From: an uncultured bacterium
GTDB lineage: Bacteria; Verrucomicrobiota; Kiritimatiellia; CAIKKV01; CAIJXV01
Direction: 5' to 3'
Assembly: GCA_903824675.1 (NCBI GenBank)
Contig: CAIJXV010000055.1
Location: 39,395 to 103,394, forward strand
Length of the DNA stretch: 64,000 nt
This document shows positions 47,106-56,338 of this stretch, piece by piece. The notes under the pieces were generated by a model that was not told where the DNA came from, did not search any database, and was given only the letters and a program-made list of their open reading frames with translations. The first letter of the stretch is position 1, and every line of letters begins with the position of its first letter. Both the position numbers and the translations under genes were made by a program.

Positions 47106-47776
47106 GGAGCGTCCTCCACGGGAGTGGCGGTGGGCGTCGGTGAGGCTGAACTGGGCTCCGGCGCCGGATTCTCGTCCGTACCTTTTTCGGCTTCGGCCCA
47201 CACCGGCCATTCAATCGAAAAACTGATCTGGTGGGATTCCGGAACGGACGATTGAGACATGATCGAGAGTTCGGAAATGCAAAGCAGGGAATTGCTCGCT
47301 TCCAATTGGTGGACCAGATTCAGTAATTGAGGATAACCGCCGGACCCGGTCATGCGAGCCCCATACGATTTGAGCAAATGCTTGGATCCATTCTTTTTTT
47401 TGCCGGGAATCTCGGCGAAACCGATTTCGCTGGCAGGATTGAGCTCGAGCCCCGCCTCACTTGAAAATTGTTCCAAGTTGGCCTGAATGCCGATCAGGTA
47501 GGTGCCCAGAATCGGTTGCGCCAGATACACTGAAAGGGCCTCAACCTGGGTCCCGACGGCATCGAACTGCTTTTGGATCGTTTGTACCTTGCGAAGTTCC
47601 GTCATCATATCCTCGTATTCGGCCTGCTTCTTTTCGAGGGACGCAAGATTTTTCTTATGAGATTCCATGACCGGCAAAATGATCAATTGGAAGATGGCAA
47701 AGATGACGGCAAGCCCCCCCATTAAGATCATGGCCAGAATCTTGATGCGCTCGTTCTTGTTGTCAGGTAATTTCAT
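47102..47776 (-). CDS. pilO: PilO/GspM-like protein
   Basis: Single TM, coiled coil, G.Y..L......LE.....L.I..L.I; synteny. Confidence 0.7.
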   Translation of the reverse strand: MKLPDNKNERIKILAMILMGGLAVIFAIFQLIILPVMESHKKNLASLEKKQAEYEDMMTELRKVQTIQKQFDAVGTQVEALSVYLAQPILGTYLIGIQANLEQFSSEAGLELNPASEIGFAEIPGKKKNGSKHLLKSYGARMTGSGGYPQLLNLVHQLEASNSLLCISELSIMSQSSVPESHQISFSIEWPVWAEAEKGTDENPAPEPSSASPTPTATPVEDAP

Positions 47777-48393
47777 TCGAATTTCAGCGGCTTATACTTG
47801 CAGACGAGTTCGAACAGACGATCGGTTTTGGCGGCCTTGGGATCCGGATCCTGTCGAAAACTTCCCGGGGGGATGGCGATTTCCTGGAGATACGGTTGAA
47901 GCGTGGGGTCTTTGAGGAGATCCTGGCGGAATTTGTCGACTTCCGCGTCAGCCCGGGCGGATGTAGCGCGACCCTTGATTTGTATTTTGAAGACCCGTGC
48001 GGTTTTTTTGTCGACGGTTTGCACGACCCGGTCGATTCGGAGTTCCGTCAGTTGAATGGTGGGCGGAACCAGAACCTGAATGGCTTTCAACTGTTCATAA
48101 ACAGGGAGGCGTGCGGATTTCCAGCCTTGGAATTCGGTCAGGACATCTTTTTGACGGTTCAAATTGGTGGTCAATGCGATTTGTTCATCATATTGCGGCT
48201 TAATTTTCTTGATGCTCGTATTGACCCAATGGAGGTGTTCATTGACATCGCGCATATGTTTACCGAAAACGAGGATGACGAATACGAGCGCGGAGATCAC
48301 GGTAAACGTCAGAATCCGGAGGAATAAGGAGAGCGAGACGAGACTGGCGCTTCGTCGTTCGGCAACCTGTATGAGATCGACCCGCAGGTTCAT
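47773..48393 (-). CDS. pilN: PilN-like protein
   Basis: VDLI N-terminal motif (INLL-like), TM, coiled coil, P..IQLT.L; synteny; start placed at 48393. Confidence 0.7.
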   Translation of the reverse strand: MNLRVDLIQVAERRSASLVSLSLFLRILTFTVISALVFVILVFGKHMRDVNEHLHWVNTSIKKIKPQYDEQIALTTNLNRQKDVLTEFQGWKSARLPVYEQLKAIQVLVPPTIQLTELRIDRVVQTVDKKTARVFKIQIKGRATSARADAEVDKFRQDLLKDPTLQPYLQEIAIPPGSFRQDPDPKAAKTDRLFELVCKYKPLKFE

Positions 48394-49418
48394 GGTGGTG
48401 TATCCAGGGTTCCCCACGCTGCGCCCATGGCAGCCGAGAAACGGGATTCTCGGCCCTTGAGTTCATCCGGAATCGCGCCTGGCTGTATGGTCACGGGCTC
48501 AAAGGGGTCCCAAAGGGTGATCGGCAATCCCAAGGCGTTTTGAACAACGGCATTCCAATCGCGGGAGGCGGTTGCGCCGCCGCTGACATAAATCCGGCTG
48601 ATCCGACAGTTCTCCCGGCGTTCCAGGAAATCGCGCGAGATCACCAGCTGCTTGATAAAGGGATCCATGGCGTCGGTGAAAAATTGAGAGAGATCGATCG
48701 ATCCGCCCGAGACGATTTCCAAGGCGGTCGCCGCATCCACCCCCATGCTTTTCTGCACCCGGGCGAGAATGGCATTGGATCCAAAATCAAATTTACGGAC
48801 GAGTGCTGCGACGGACTTGTTGAAAATGGCCATGAAACTGACTTCCGCGCCAAAATCGATGACCCCGACGGTGTCCTCTTTGTGTTGGAAGACCGGTCCC
48901 TGCAGGAAGGACGAGAGACTGGCCAATCCGGAAACTTCGATAGAGTAGGGCGCCGGAAAGCCGGAGGGGAAAAGTTGGAGGGCCCATTGAATATCCGCCT
49001 CCGGGATAGCGACGACGAGCACTTTCGATTCCGTGCGACCATGGCCTTCGCTTAAAATGCGGTAGGAAATCCGGAAATCAGCCGTTTTATCAATGCCCAT
49101 CATCTCGCTGAGTTGGGCTTCCATCGTGGCATCCGTCTTCCCCATGAAGCTGAGTAGCTTAACGAGGGCTGATTTGCCGGTCAAGGCGATGGAGACCTGA
49201 CGGGCGGAGAGATTTTTGGGGAGGAGTAAAGGCAAAACCGGACTGCCCTCTGGGGGGAGGGTAATCGCGGGGAGCAGGGCGGCCGCCACGAGGGTTGGGG
49301 CGGTTGTTGAATCGGGATTGCGTTTTAAGCGGACCGCCTTGACCCCTCCAGCGGCAACATCCACTCCGACAATGTCGGCAACCCCGCGTTTGAAATTAAA
49401 TTTCATACCGTCGATCAA
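48390..49418 (-). CDS. pilM: PilM actin-like assembly protein
   Basis: VGVDV....VKAV.L, VIDFGA, IYVSGG, WDPF, AAMGAA. Confidence 0.85.
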   Translation of the reverse strand: MIDGMKFNFKRGVADIVGVDVAAGGVKAVRLKRNPDSTTAPTLVAAALLPAITLPPEGSPVLPLLLPKNLSARQVSIALTGKSALVKLLSFMGKTDATMEAQLSEMMGIDKTADFRISYRILSEGHGRTESKVLVVAIPEADIQWALQLFPSGFPAPYSIEVSGLASLSSFLQGPVFQHKEDTVGVIDFGAEVSFMAIFNKSVAALVRKFDFGSNAILARVQKSMGVDAATALEIVSGGSIDLSQFFTDAMDPFIKQLVISRDFLERRENCRISRIYVSGGATASRDWNAVVQNALGLPITLWDPFEPVTIQPGAIPDELKGRESRFSAAMGAAWGTLDTPP

Positions 49419-49612
49419 AATCCTCGAGGCTTAAATTACGTCTCTTAAGTAACAAAAAAAATGAATGATGACAAACCCTTATTTTTATCCCTGAGCGAAG
49501 ACAGTAGAGCCGATGCACTCCAGCGCCCTGTACATTGTAATCTGGCGGTTCCTCCCTCTCCAGGGCCTGTCCCCCCGTCACGAGGAGGGAGGAGGAAAAA
49601 GCCAATTGCATT

Positions 49613-50704
49613 TTATTTCAACCATCCGCCCACAATCACCTCTGGCGGTACGGTTGGATTCAAGGGATCCCACGGGGGATAGCCGGAACCCTTGGTAACG
49701 GTTACATTGTTTTTGATGTCGACATAACCATTGGCAATCACACCATTTTGAATGACCATATTATTGCGCAGGATGATGTTGCCCCCAGAAGAATAAAGGA
49801 GCCCATTCCATCGGGTCCGATTATTAACGTCAATCGTTCCTTTACAGATAATGGCTGGATAATTGGCGTTTATCGAATTGTGCTGTTCGAATTTATTGTC
49901 AATGGTGACCGTTCCATTGGCGACCAGCGTTCCATTCAGCGTGCTTCTATTCGCAATGGTCACATTTCCGTTGACGTAAATGATGCCATTTGAGGACGAG
50001 ATCGTTTCGCCAGAGAAGGTCTTGTTGGTCGGGTAATAGGCTCCGCCGTTGAGGGCCAGGGTGCGAAAACTGTCGATGTTGAAAACCGGAAGAACTCGGC
50101 GGGGCGAAGCCGGCTGAAGAGTGCCATCCAGATCCCCAATGGTTCCGACGGCTGACACGATGCCGTTAATATCACCGTTTTTCCCCCCTGAAGATTCGGT
50201 GATATTCCCGTTGGCATGTACATTGCCATTGATAGTGAAGGCTGCGGACGCGAAGGAGACATACGTCCCGGCCAGAATGGCCCCGTCGATATCCCAGAGA
50301 TCGTTATTCGCGTTCTCGGTTGTGCCCAGAAGTTCAACAACGGTTGTTCGTTGGGAGGTGTTAAACGTCCCGACGCTGGTGATCAGCACGTTGTTATTGG
50401 TCTTTTTCTGAGACACTGCGGAGTAGGCTCCGCCTTCAAAGTCCGTGTTGGCGGTGGTGTTATTCTGCCAATACAGGTAATTGGTGCCCAACTTGGCGAT
50501 CATGTCGGCGATGCCGGCTTCGGCACAGGCCAGTGCTTTGGCATCGCGATTGATGCGGCGAACCCGAAATGCGGACTGGTTGGTCATGGTGGTCAAGGCC
50601 AGGGTGGCCAGTAGCAGGAGGGTCAGAATAACCATGGCGATGACCAAGGCAAACCCCTGGTTTGCCGCCCGATTTTTCGGCGTGCGGATGATGGTGTTGT
50701 TCAT
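49613..50704 (-). CDS. PilX/GspK-like minor pilin
   Basis: QG|FALVIAMV (no Glu5), A..CAEAG, ITSVGT; beta-helix-like C-terminus. Confidence 0.75.
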   Translation of the reverse strand: MNNTIIRTPKNRAANQGFALVIAMVILTLLLLATLALTTMTNQSAFRVRRINRDAKALACAEAGIADMIAKLGTNYLYWQNNTTANTDFEGGAYSAVSQKKTNNNVLITSVGTFNTSQRTTVVELLGTTENANNDLWDIDGAILAGTYVSFASAAFTINGNVHANGNITESSGGKNGDINGIVSAVGTIGDLDGTLQPASPRRVLPVFNIDSFRTLALNGGAYYPTNKTFSGETISSSNGIIYVNGNVTIANRSTLNGTLVANGTVTIDNKFEQHNSINANYPAIICKGTIDVNNRTRWNGLLYSSGGNIILRNNMVIQNGVIANGYVDIKNNVTVTKGSGYPPWDPLNPTVPPEVIVGGWLK

Positions 50705-50721
50705 GATCGGACTCCTTATGT

Positions 50722-52824
50722 TTATTTTGCGGTGTTAAGTGGACGAACTTCCATCAGACCGGAGACCTTATTGGTGCCGAAGGGGCCGGTCTTGTAAATT
50801 TCCATATCAATTTCGAGGCCCTTGATGAACTGGTTGCCATCGACGGTGGCGCCAATAATGCCATAGTTGGGGCCCTGGCCCAGATCGACGGTCAGATCGC
50901 AAATGCCGGTGGGCGGAGTCCATTCGATGGTCACATCGCGCAAATACGCGGTGATGAGATGTTCAGTATGACCGATAGAACCCGCTGGAGATCCGTCGGT
51001 CGTAAAAAGCGCTTCGTATTGGAGATAGCGACCGGCTCCAATTCCCGCCAAGCTATTGGCGTCTGATGGATTTTGGAAATAGGTGGATGAAATCCAGGGG
51101 CCGGCATCGCTGAGATCGGGATTGTCCCCGCTTCGAGCCCGGATATCAATGTCGCCAGCGGAATAGTTTTCGACATGGGTCCAGTTTAGTTTTCGATAGG
51201 CGGGGTTGATGATATGCGTGTCGAAAATACCCGAACGATAGATTCCCTGATCGGGATACCGCACCTCGATCTTGCTGATCCCCACCAGGTTGGGTGACTG
51301 ATCGCCATCAATGTAGCTCATGTGCCACTTGGTGCTGACCCATCCTCGGGCGCAACTTTGGGCCATGGAATCGGTTTTACGGTCAAAATAGACCAGATAA
51401 CTTTTGTCGCGATTGATGGTCGTGTCGAGCCAGTCGCTCCAGACCCCGGTATTGGCCGAAATTCGTTTGCTGGTACTGCCCGAAAAATAGATTTGCTTAA
51501 TGGTCCCGGAGACCGGATTCGTGTTGGCGGCCATTTCGGCGATGTAGACGTCATTGATGAAGAGGCTGTCGTTGGAGCCGGCCTCGAAATAGAAACGGGC
51601 CCATACGCCATTCAGAATAATTTTGGAATAGATTTCGGATCCGCCCCAGATGATATTATAGATGGTGTCCGAATTGGTGATGGCGAACGAGGGAATATCG
51701 CCTTCGGTGCAGTTGGCGGCAGACCAGGCAATACCTTGTTGGAGCGCAAGGCAAATATCGGGAATATAGGGGGAGGAGGAGGCGAAAGAGTCTATTTTTT
51801 GCCGGCTGGTATTGCTGTTGATGAGACCGATCTGATCGTCAAAATGGGTGTCGCACCAGAGGTCGTTAAAGACTTTGAAGTTGATATAGTGGTTGGAGGA
51901 GGGAGGGGTGAAGGTGAGTTGGGCGTCCCCGCTCCAGGACGCGCCGTAGGCTGACATGACTTGGGCGGAAACGGAGCCGCCGGAAATGGTATAGGCGTAA
52001 GAGGGGGCCCCATCGGAACCGCTGGGAATATAGGAATTCCGCAGATACATCTCGCCTTCCCGGGCACTGTCGCTGGCGCTGAGCGCGAATTTGTCGAACC
52101 CGACGGAATAGCCGGAACTCAACGGGTTTTTGTCGACAACCGTGAACTTCAGGTCGTGCATGCCGTTGGTGAGTACGATGCTGCCCCAGTTGACGGTTTT
52201 GGCTTTGCGATAGCTGGGAGCATAGCCGTCGAATCGGACTTCCGGTGGGCGGAGGTAAAGTTTAACCAGATTGGCGAAGATAACTTTGGAGGCAACCGCT
52301 TCGACGACTCCATTGGCATTGGTGAGGCGGGCGGCTTGCAATCCGGCCGTGTTGGTCGCCTGCACCGTTTTAAGGAGTTGCCCATAAAGTTCGGAGGGCG
52401 TGGCATTGGTTTTACGGGGTGAGTAGACCGTGCGGAGCAGTTCGTCCGGTGAACCGGTGCGGACGTGATAGACGACGGTTTTGTCCCAAATGATCTTGCC
52501 CGCGGCATCCCGGGTGAGGAGACCGTCGTTGCCGGGGGTAGCCAAAGGGATGCTGAATGCGGTGTAAACCGTGCCGGTGGCTGGATAGAAAGCCATCAGA
52601 CCAATGCCGACGCTGGAAAGCCGCAGATCCTGTCGGATTCGTTCGGTGGCTATTTCCAGGTTGATATTCAATTCGCTTTTAATCATTTCCGTGCGCCAAG
52701 TCCGCAGACCATTGATGAAAGCCATGGTGGTACTGCCGATGACCAAGGTTGCAATGGTGAGTGCAACGAGGATTTCGGTGATCGTAAACCCGCAGACCCC
52801 TGTTTTCTGGCGATGAATTTTCAT
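50722..52824 (-). CDS. Large (700 aa) PilW/GspJ-like minor pilin
   Basis: G|FTITEILVAL class III signal, I..DLR, terminal V.P.N. Confidence 0.75.
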   Translation of the reverse strand: MKIHRQKTGVCGFTITEILVALTIATLVIGSTTMAFINGLRTWRTEMIKSELNINLEIATERIRQDLRLSSVGIGLMAFYPATGTVYTAFSIPLATPGNDGLLTRDAAGKIIWDKTVVYHVRTGSPDELLRTVYSPRKTNATPSELYGQLLKTVQATNTAGLQAARLTNANGVVEAVASKVIFANLVKLYLRPPEVRFDGYAPSYRKAKTVNWGSIVLTNGMHDLKFTVVDKNPLSSGYSVGFDKFALSASDSAREGEMYLRNSYIPSGSDGAPSYAYTISGGSVSAQVMSAYGASWSGDAQLTFTPPSSNHYINFKVFNDLWCDTHFDDQIGLINSNTSRQKIDSFASSSPYIPDICLALQQGIAWSAANCTEGDIPSFAITNSDTIYNIIWGGSEIYSKIILNGVWARFYFEAGSNDSLFINDVYIAEMAANTNPVSGTIKQIYFSGSTSKRISANTGVWSDWLDTTINRDKSYLVYFDRKTDSMAQSCARGWVSTKWHMSYIDGDQSPNLVGISKIEVRYPDQGIYRSGIFDTHIINPAYRKLNWTHVENYSAGDIDIRARSGDNPDLSDAGPWISSTYFQNPSDANSLAGIGAGRYLQYEALFTTDGSPAGSIGHTEHLITAYLRDVTIEWTPPTGICDLTVDLGQGPNYGIIGATVDGNQFIKGLEIDMEIYKTGPFGTNKVSGLMEVRPLNTAK

Positions 52825-52837
52825 GGCGATCTTCTTT

Positions 52838-53245
52838 CTAAAATTTATTAGAAATCAGCGTGGTGACTTTGACCGGTTGCGCGCTCAAATTGGTTCCCCG
52901 ATGCGGGTAATACACTTCCACCTGTATTTGGGTCAAATTGGGTGCGACATTAGTGTTGATGGTGGTGGGTCGCCGGTAAAGACCATTCTGCTTAAGATTC
53001 CCTTCGCCGTCGATTGCGACCCCGCTGGGTTCAGCCATTAGAGACAAACTGCCGTAATCGAAACTGAGCGCGCGTTGAATACGGTTGCGAGCGATTAATG
53101 TGGCCCGATAATTGTCGCCCGCCAGCTTGTGCGTCCGAAGCGCTCCAATAAAGACGGCATAGAACCCGGCACAAAAGATCATAAAAATGAAAGCGGCCAC
53201 AATGACTTCAACTAATGTCATTCCTTTTTTAAGGTTCATTTTCAT
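52838..53245 (-). CDS. PilV/GspI-like minor pilin
   Basis: KKG|MTLVEVIVA, A..IA.NRI; 135 aa. Confidence 0.75.
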   Translation of the reverse strand: MKMNLKKGMTLVEVIVAAFIFMIFCAGFYAVFIGALRTHKLAGDNYRATLIARNRIQRALSFDYGSLSLMAEPSGVAIDGEGNLKQNGLYRRPTTINTNVAPNLTQIQVEVYYPHRGTNLSAQPVKVTTLISNKF

Positions 53246-53282
53246 TTAAATCACCTTTGTCATTACCTGTCTGTATTCTTTT

Positions 53283-53298
53283 AGCACATGCTGTGCCA
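53283..53298 (-). promoter_or_regulatory. Sigma54 (-24/-12) promoter of minor-pilin operon
   Basis: TGGCACAGCATGTGCT (GG-N10-GC), 38 bp upstream of the start codon. Confidence 0.7.
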
Positions 53299-53525
53299 TT
53301 CTTATACACCAGTATCTTGGTTTCCGTTTAAACTGACATCTACTAAGATGAATGTGGCATATTCACGTCTACAATAAAAGGAGGAATATTCATATTTCAA
53401 CGGGTTACAGGAATATTGATCAAGGGAGGGTTGAAAAACTAACGGATAGATAACGATAGATTTGTACGAAATTCGCTTAGCTTCATCTAGGCAATATTCA
53501 TGCGGAACACAAATCATTATGAAGA

Positions 53526-53547
53526 ATTTTCTCAATATTGAGAAAAT
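53526..53547. promoter_or_regulatory. Perfect 22-bp palindrome, candidate activator site
   Basis: ATTTTCTCAATATTGAGAAAAT between divergent sigma54-type promoters. Confidence 0.55.
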
Positions 53548-53621
53548 ATTTAATTAAAAATAAATGGACGACATGGTTTTTTTGGATGATAATCCAAATT
53601 GTTAGTTTCGGGTATCCGTTT

Positions 53622-53637
53622 TGGCATCTATTGTGCT
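53622..53637 (+). promoter_or_regulatory. Sigma54 (-24/-12) promoter of PAS gene
   Basis: TGGCATCTATTGTGCT (GG-N10-GC). Confidence 0.55.
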
Positions 53638-53718
53638 ACTTGACTTTGCGTAAAGGTATGTTTTAGTTAATCGCCTGACTTTTTGAAGAGTAAGGGCGCG
53701 AGTCATTCGTAGGGATGT

Positions 53719-54894
53719 TTGTTTATGGCAGAACGCCGGGACATGCTATCGCAGACGATTCGGATCGATATTCCACCAGATCTGCTCAAGACCATTGATT
53801 CCACCCGGGACCGTAAAGTGGGTGTGCCTGCCCGGAAATCACACGAAACACGGTCCTCGACCGGGCCCGTTGGTCTATTGGAGTTAGACAGCAATTTCCA
53901 CGAATTATTTCAACACGTTTACGATGGAGCGCTCATCGCCGATCTATCCGGCCGCATCATCGATGCCAATAGACGGGCGTGTGAATTTTTGCTCTATGAA
54001 CGCGCTGAATTTCAAAGTCTCAATATTACGGACGTCATCTCCGGATCCGATTCCGGACTGGTCAAGGCCTTGCGGACCAACCTGGCAAAAGATCTCTTCA
54101 CGTTGATTCAGTGCTATTGCGCTCGAAAAGACCGATCCCTCTTTCCATCTGAAATCGCCGTCAACCACCTGAAACTCTCCAATCAAGGCTATCTGTGTTT
54201 CTTTATTCGGGATATCACGCTTCGGCGACAGGCCGATGAACTTCTGCGCACGGAACATAATGCGATCCAGAACTCCAGCAACGGGATTGGAATTGCGACG
54301 TTGGACGCCCAGTTCGAGTATGTCAACCCGGCTGTAGCCCAGATGTGGGGGTATGACCGGGTCGAGGAGGTCATCGGCCGGAATATCGTCGATTTCCTGG
54401 CTGATCCTGCGTTGGCGGGGAAGATGATTGAGGCGGGTAGAGCCGGCAAGGTCTGGACCGGCCGGACGCTGGCTAAGCGCAAGAACGGATCCTCCTTTCA
54501 TGTCCAGATTTCAATTGCCGGTAACCGGGACAGTGATGATGAATTGGTGGGGATGGTGTTTTCCTTCCTCGACATTAGCGACAGTCTGCGGGTTGAGGAG
54601 GCCGAGCGCCAGACGGAACGGCAGCGGGTGATGGTGGAGAGCCTCGGTGCGGCCTGTCATCACCTTGGGCAGCCGGCCACCGTTATTCTGGCGAGTCTCG
54701 ATGTGCTGCTTAAGTTGTCTGCCGTTGAAAAAAATGAGGTCGTAATCGACCTGTTGTCTTCCAGCATGGAAGCCGCGGAAACGCTGCGGACCATGTTGCG
54801 CGATTTAAATGGCATGACCGAATACAAGACCCGGCCATACCTCGAAAACCAGGAAGGGACCGCTGCCGGCGGCGCCCGGATCCTGGATGTATAG
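53719..54894 (+). CDS. PAS-PAS protein with C-terminal DHp-like helix pair, no ATPase domain
   Basis: Two PAS/PAC domains (RKDRSLFP.E, RKNGSSF.V); ..LGAACHHLGQP H-box-like segment; protein ends ~75 aa later. Confidence 0.8.
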   Translation: MFMAERRDMLSQTIRIDIPPDLLKTIDSTRDRKVGVPARKSHETRSSTGPVGLLELDSNFHELFQHVYDGALIADLSGRIIDANRRACEFLLYERAEFQSLNITDVISGSDSGLVKALRTNLAKDLFTLIQCYCARKDRSLFPSEIAVNHLKLSNQGYLCFFIRDITLRRQADELLRTEHNAIQNSSNGIGIATLDAQFEYVNPAVAQMWGYDRVEEVIGRNIVDFLADPALAGKMIEAGRAGKVWTGRTLAKRKNGSSFHVQISIAGNRDSDDELVGMVFSFLDISDSLRVEEAERQTERQRVMVESLGAACHHLGQPATVILASLDVLLKLSAVEKNEVVIDLLSSSMEAAETLRTMLRDLNGMTEYKTRPYLENQEGTAAGGARILDV

Positions 54895-54942
54895 GGTCTC
54901 AATCTTCGAAGCCATGATATCAAATCAGACGATGGCCCCAGG

Positions 54943-56325
54943 ATGAACCGGCTCAAACTTCTTCTTTTTTCAAGTATCGATGAACGGTCTGAAGTCGAAA
55001 CCCGCTACGCACCCATCGGCTTGGCCGGACTCGCCGCCGGGGTTAATCGCGATTTCCCTGACGCTTGGGAGGTCCGGATCGCCAACGGCAATCTCCCGGC
55101 CCTTCTGCGCGATTTTGCGCCCGATGTGGTCGGGTTAAGTTGCGTCAGTCAGAATTATCATATTGCTCAAGCCCAGGCGCGGATATGCCGGGCGGCGTCG
55201 ATCCCGGTTCTTTTGGGCGGCGTACATATCAGTATGCTTCCCGCTTCGTTGACGCCCGATTTTACAGCCGCCGGTCTGGATGAGGGTGAGGCGACCTTGT
55301 CCGATTTCCTGCGTATTTTCCAGGAGTGCCGGGGATTTCCGGTGGACCGGCTGGCGGCCGTTCCCGGTGTGGTTTTTTTTGATGGCGACCGCCGGATTCA
55401 AACCGCGCCGCGCCCGCCGGTGGCGAACCTCGATTCGATCCCGATTCCCCGCCATGATCTGTTGCCTCCCTCCTCGCACCGCTATCTCTTTACCTCCCGC
55501 GGGTGTCCCTACCGCTGTGCCTTTTGTGCCAGTTCCCGCTTCTGGCATAAAGTTCGTTTCCATTCTCCAGACCGGGTGCTGGAGGAAATCCATCTCCTGG
55601 TTGGGTTGGGCGCGCGGTTGATCAGTTTTTATGATGATCTATTTATCGCCGACATCAAGCGGTTGGCTGAAATCGCCGGGCGCATTGCCGCGTCCGATTT
55701 GCCGCAACGGGTCAAATTTACCTGTTCGGTTCGCGCCAATACGGTCACCGAGCCCGCCGCCGCCTTGCTGAAATCGATGAATGTGGTTTCTTGCGGATTA
55801 GGACTCGAATCCGGAAACCCGGAGATCCTGACCTTTCTCAAAGGGAAGGGGATTACGGTCGAGCATAACCGGCAGGCGGTTGAAATTCTCAAGCGCCAGG
55901 GGATCAAGGCCAACGCCTCATTTGTGATCGGATCCCCCCACGAGACGGTGGAACAAATGATGGACACCTATCGATTCATTCGGGACACCCCTTTGGATCT
56001 CGTGGATATTTATGTGCTAACCCCCTTTCCGGGAACACCGGTTTGGGACTTGGCGCGGGAGCGGGGATTGGTATCGGATGATATGGATTGGTCGCGGCTG
56101 AATGTGAATTGGGAAGTGGGGGGGGATCGTGCCATTTTACTCAGCGAGACGGTGACACGTGAAGAGATGGCCCGGATGTATGCGCGGTTTCGCCGGCTCC
56201 GGTTTCGGAAAAATATCAAGGCCGTCTGGTCTCATCCGTTGTTGCGCGATCTGCCCGCGATTTTATGGAAGACCTCACAGGAACGGATGGCTCGTTGTTT
56301 TCGCGGGGCGTCTCCGCGAAAATAA
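54943..56325 (+). CDS. Cobalamin-binding radical SAM protein
   Basis: B12-binding domain (PIGL, DVVGLS, LGGVH), TSRGCPYRCAFC, GLESG, TPFPGT. Confidence 0.9.
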   Translation: MNRLKLLLFSSIDERSEVETRYAPIGLAGLAAGVNRDFPDAWEVRIANGNLPALLRDFAPDVVGLSCVSQNYHIAQAQARICRAASIPVLLGGVHISMLPASLTPDFTAAGLDEGEATLSDFLRIFQECRGFPVDRLAAVPGVVFFDGDRRIQTAPRPPVANLDSIPIPRHDLLPPSSHRYLFTSRGCPYRCAFCASSRFWHKVRFHSPDRVLEEIHLLVGLGARLISFYDDLFIADIKRLAEIAGRIAASDLPQRVKFTCSVRANTVTEPAAALLKSMNVVSCGLGLESGNPEILTFLKGKGITVEHNRQAVEILKRQGIKANASFVIGSPHETVEQMMDTYRFIRDTPLDLVDIYVLTPFPGTPVWDLARERGLVSDDMDWSRLNVNWEVGGDRAILLSETVTREEMARMYARFRRLRFRKNIKAVWSHPLLRDLPAILWKTSQERMARCFRGASPRK

Positions 56326-56338
56326 AGGGGAGATCATC

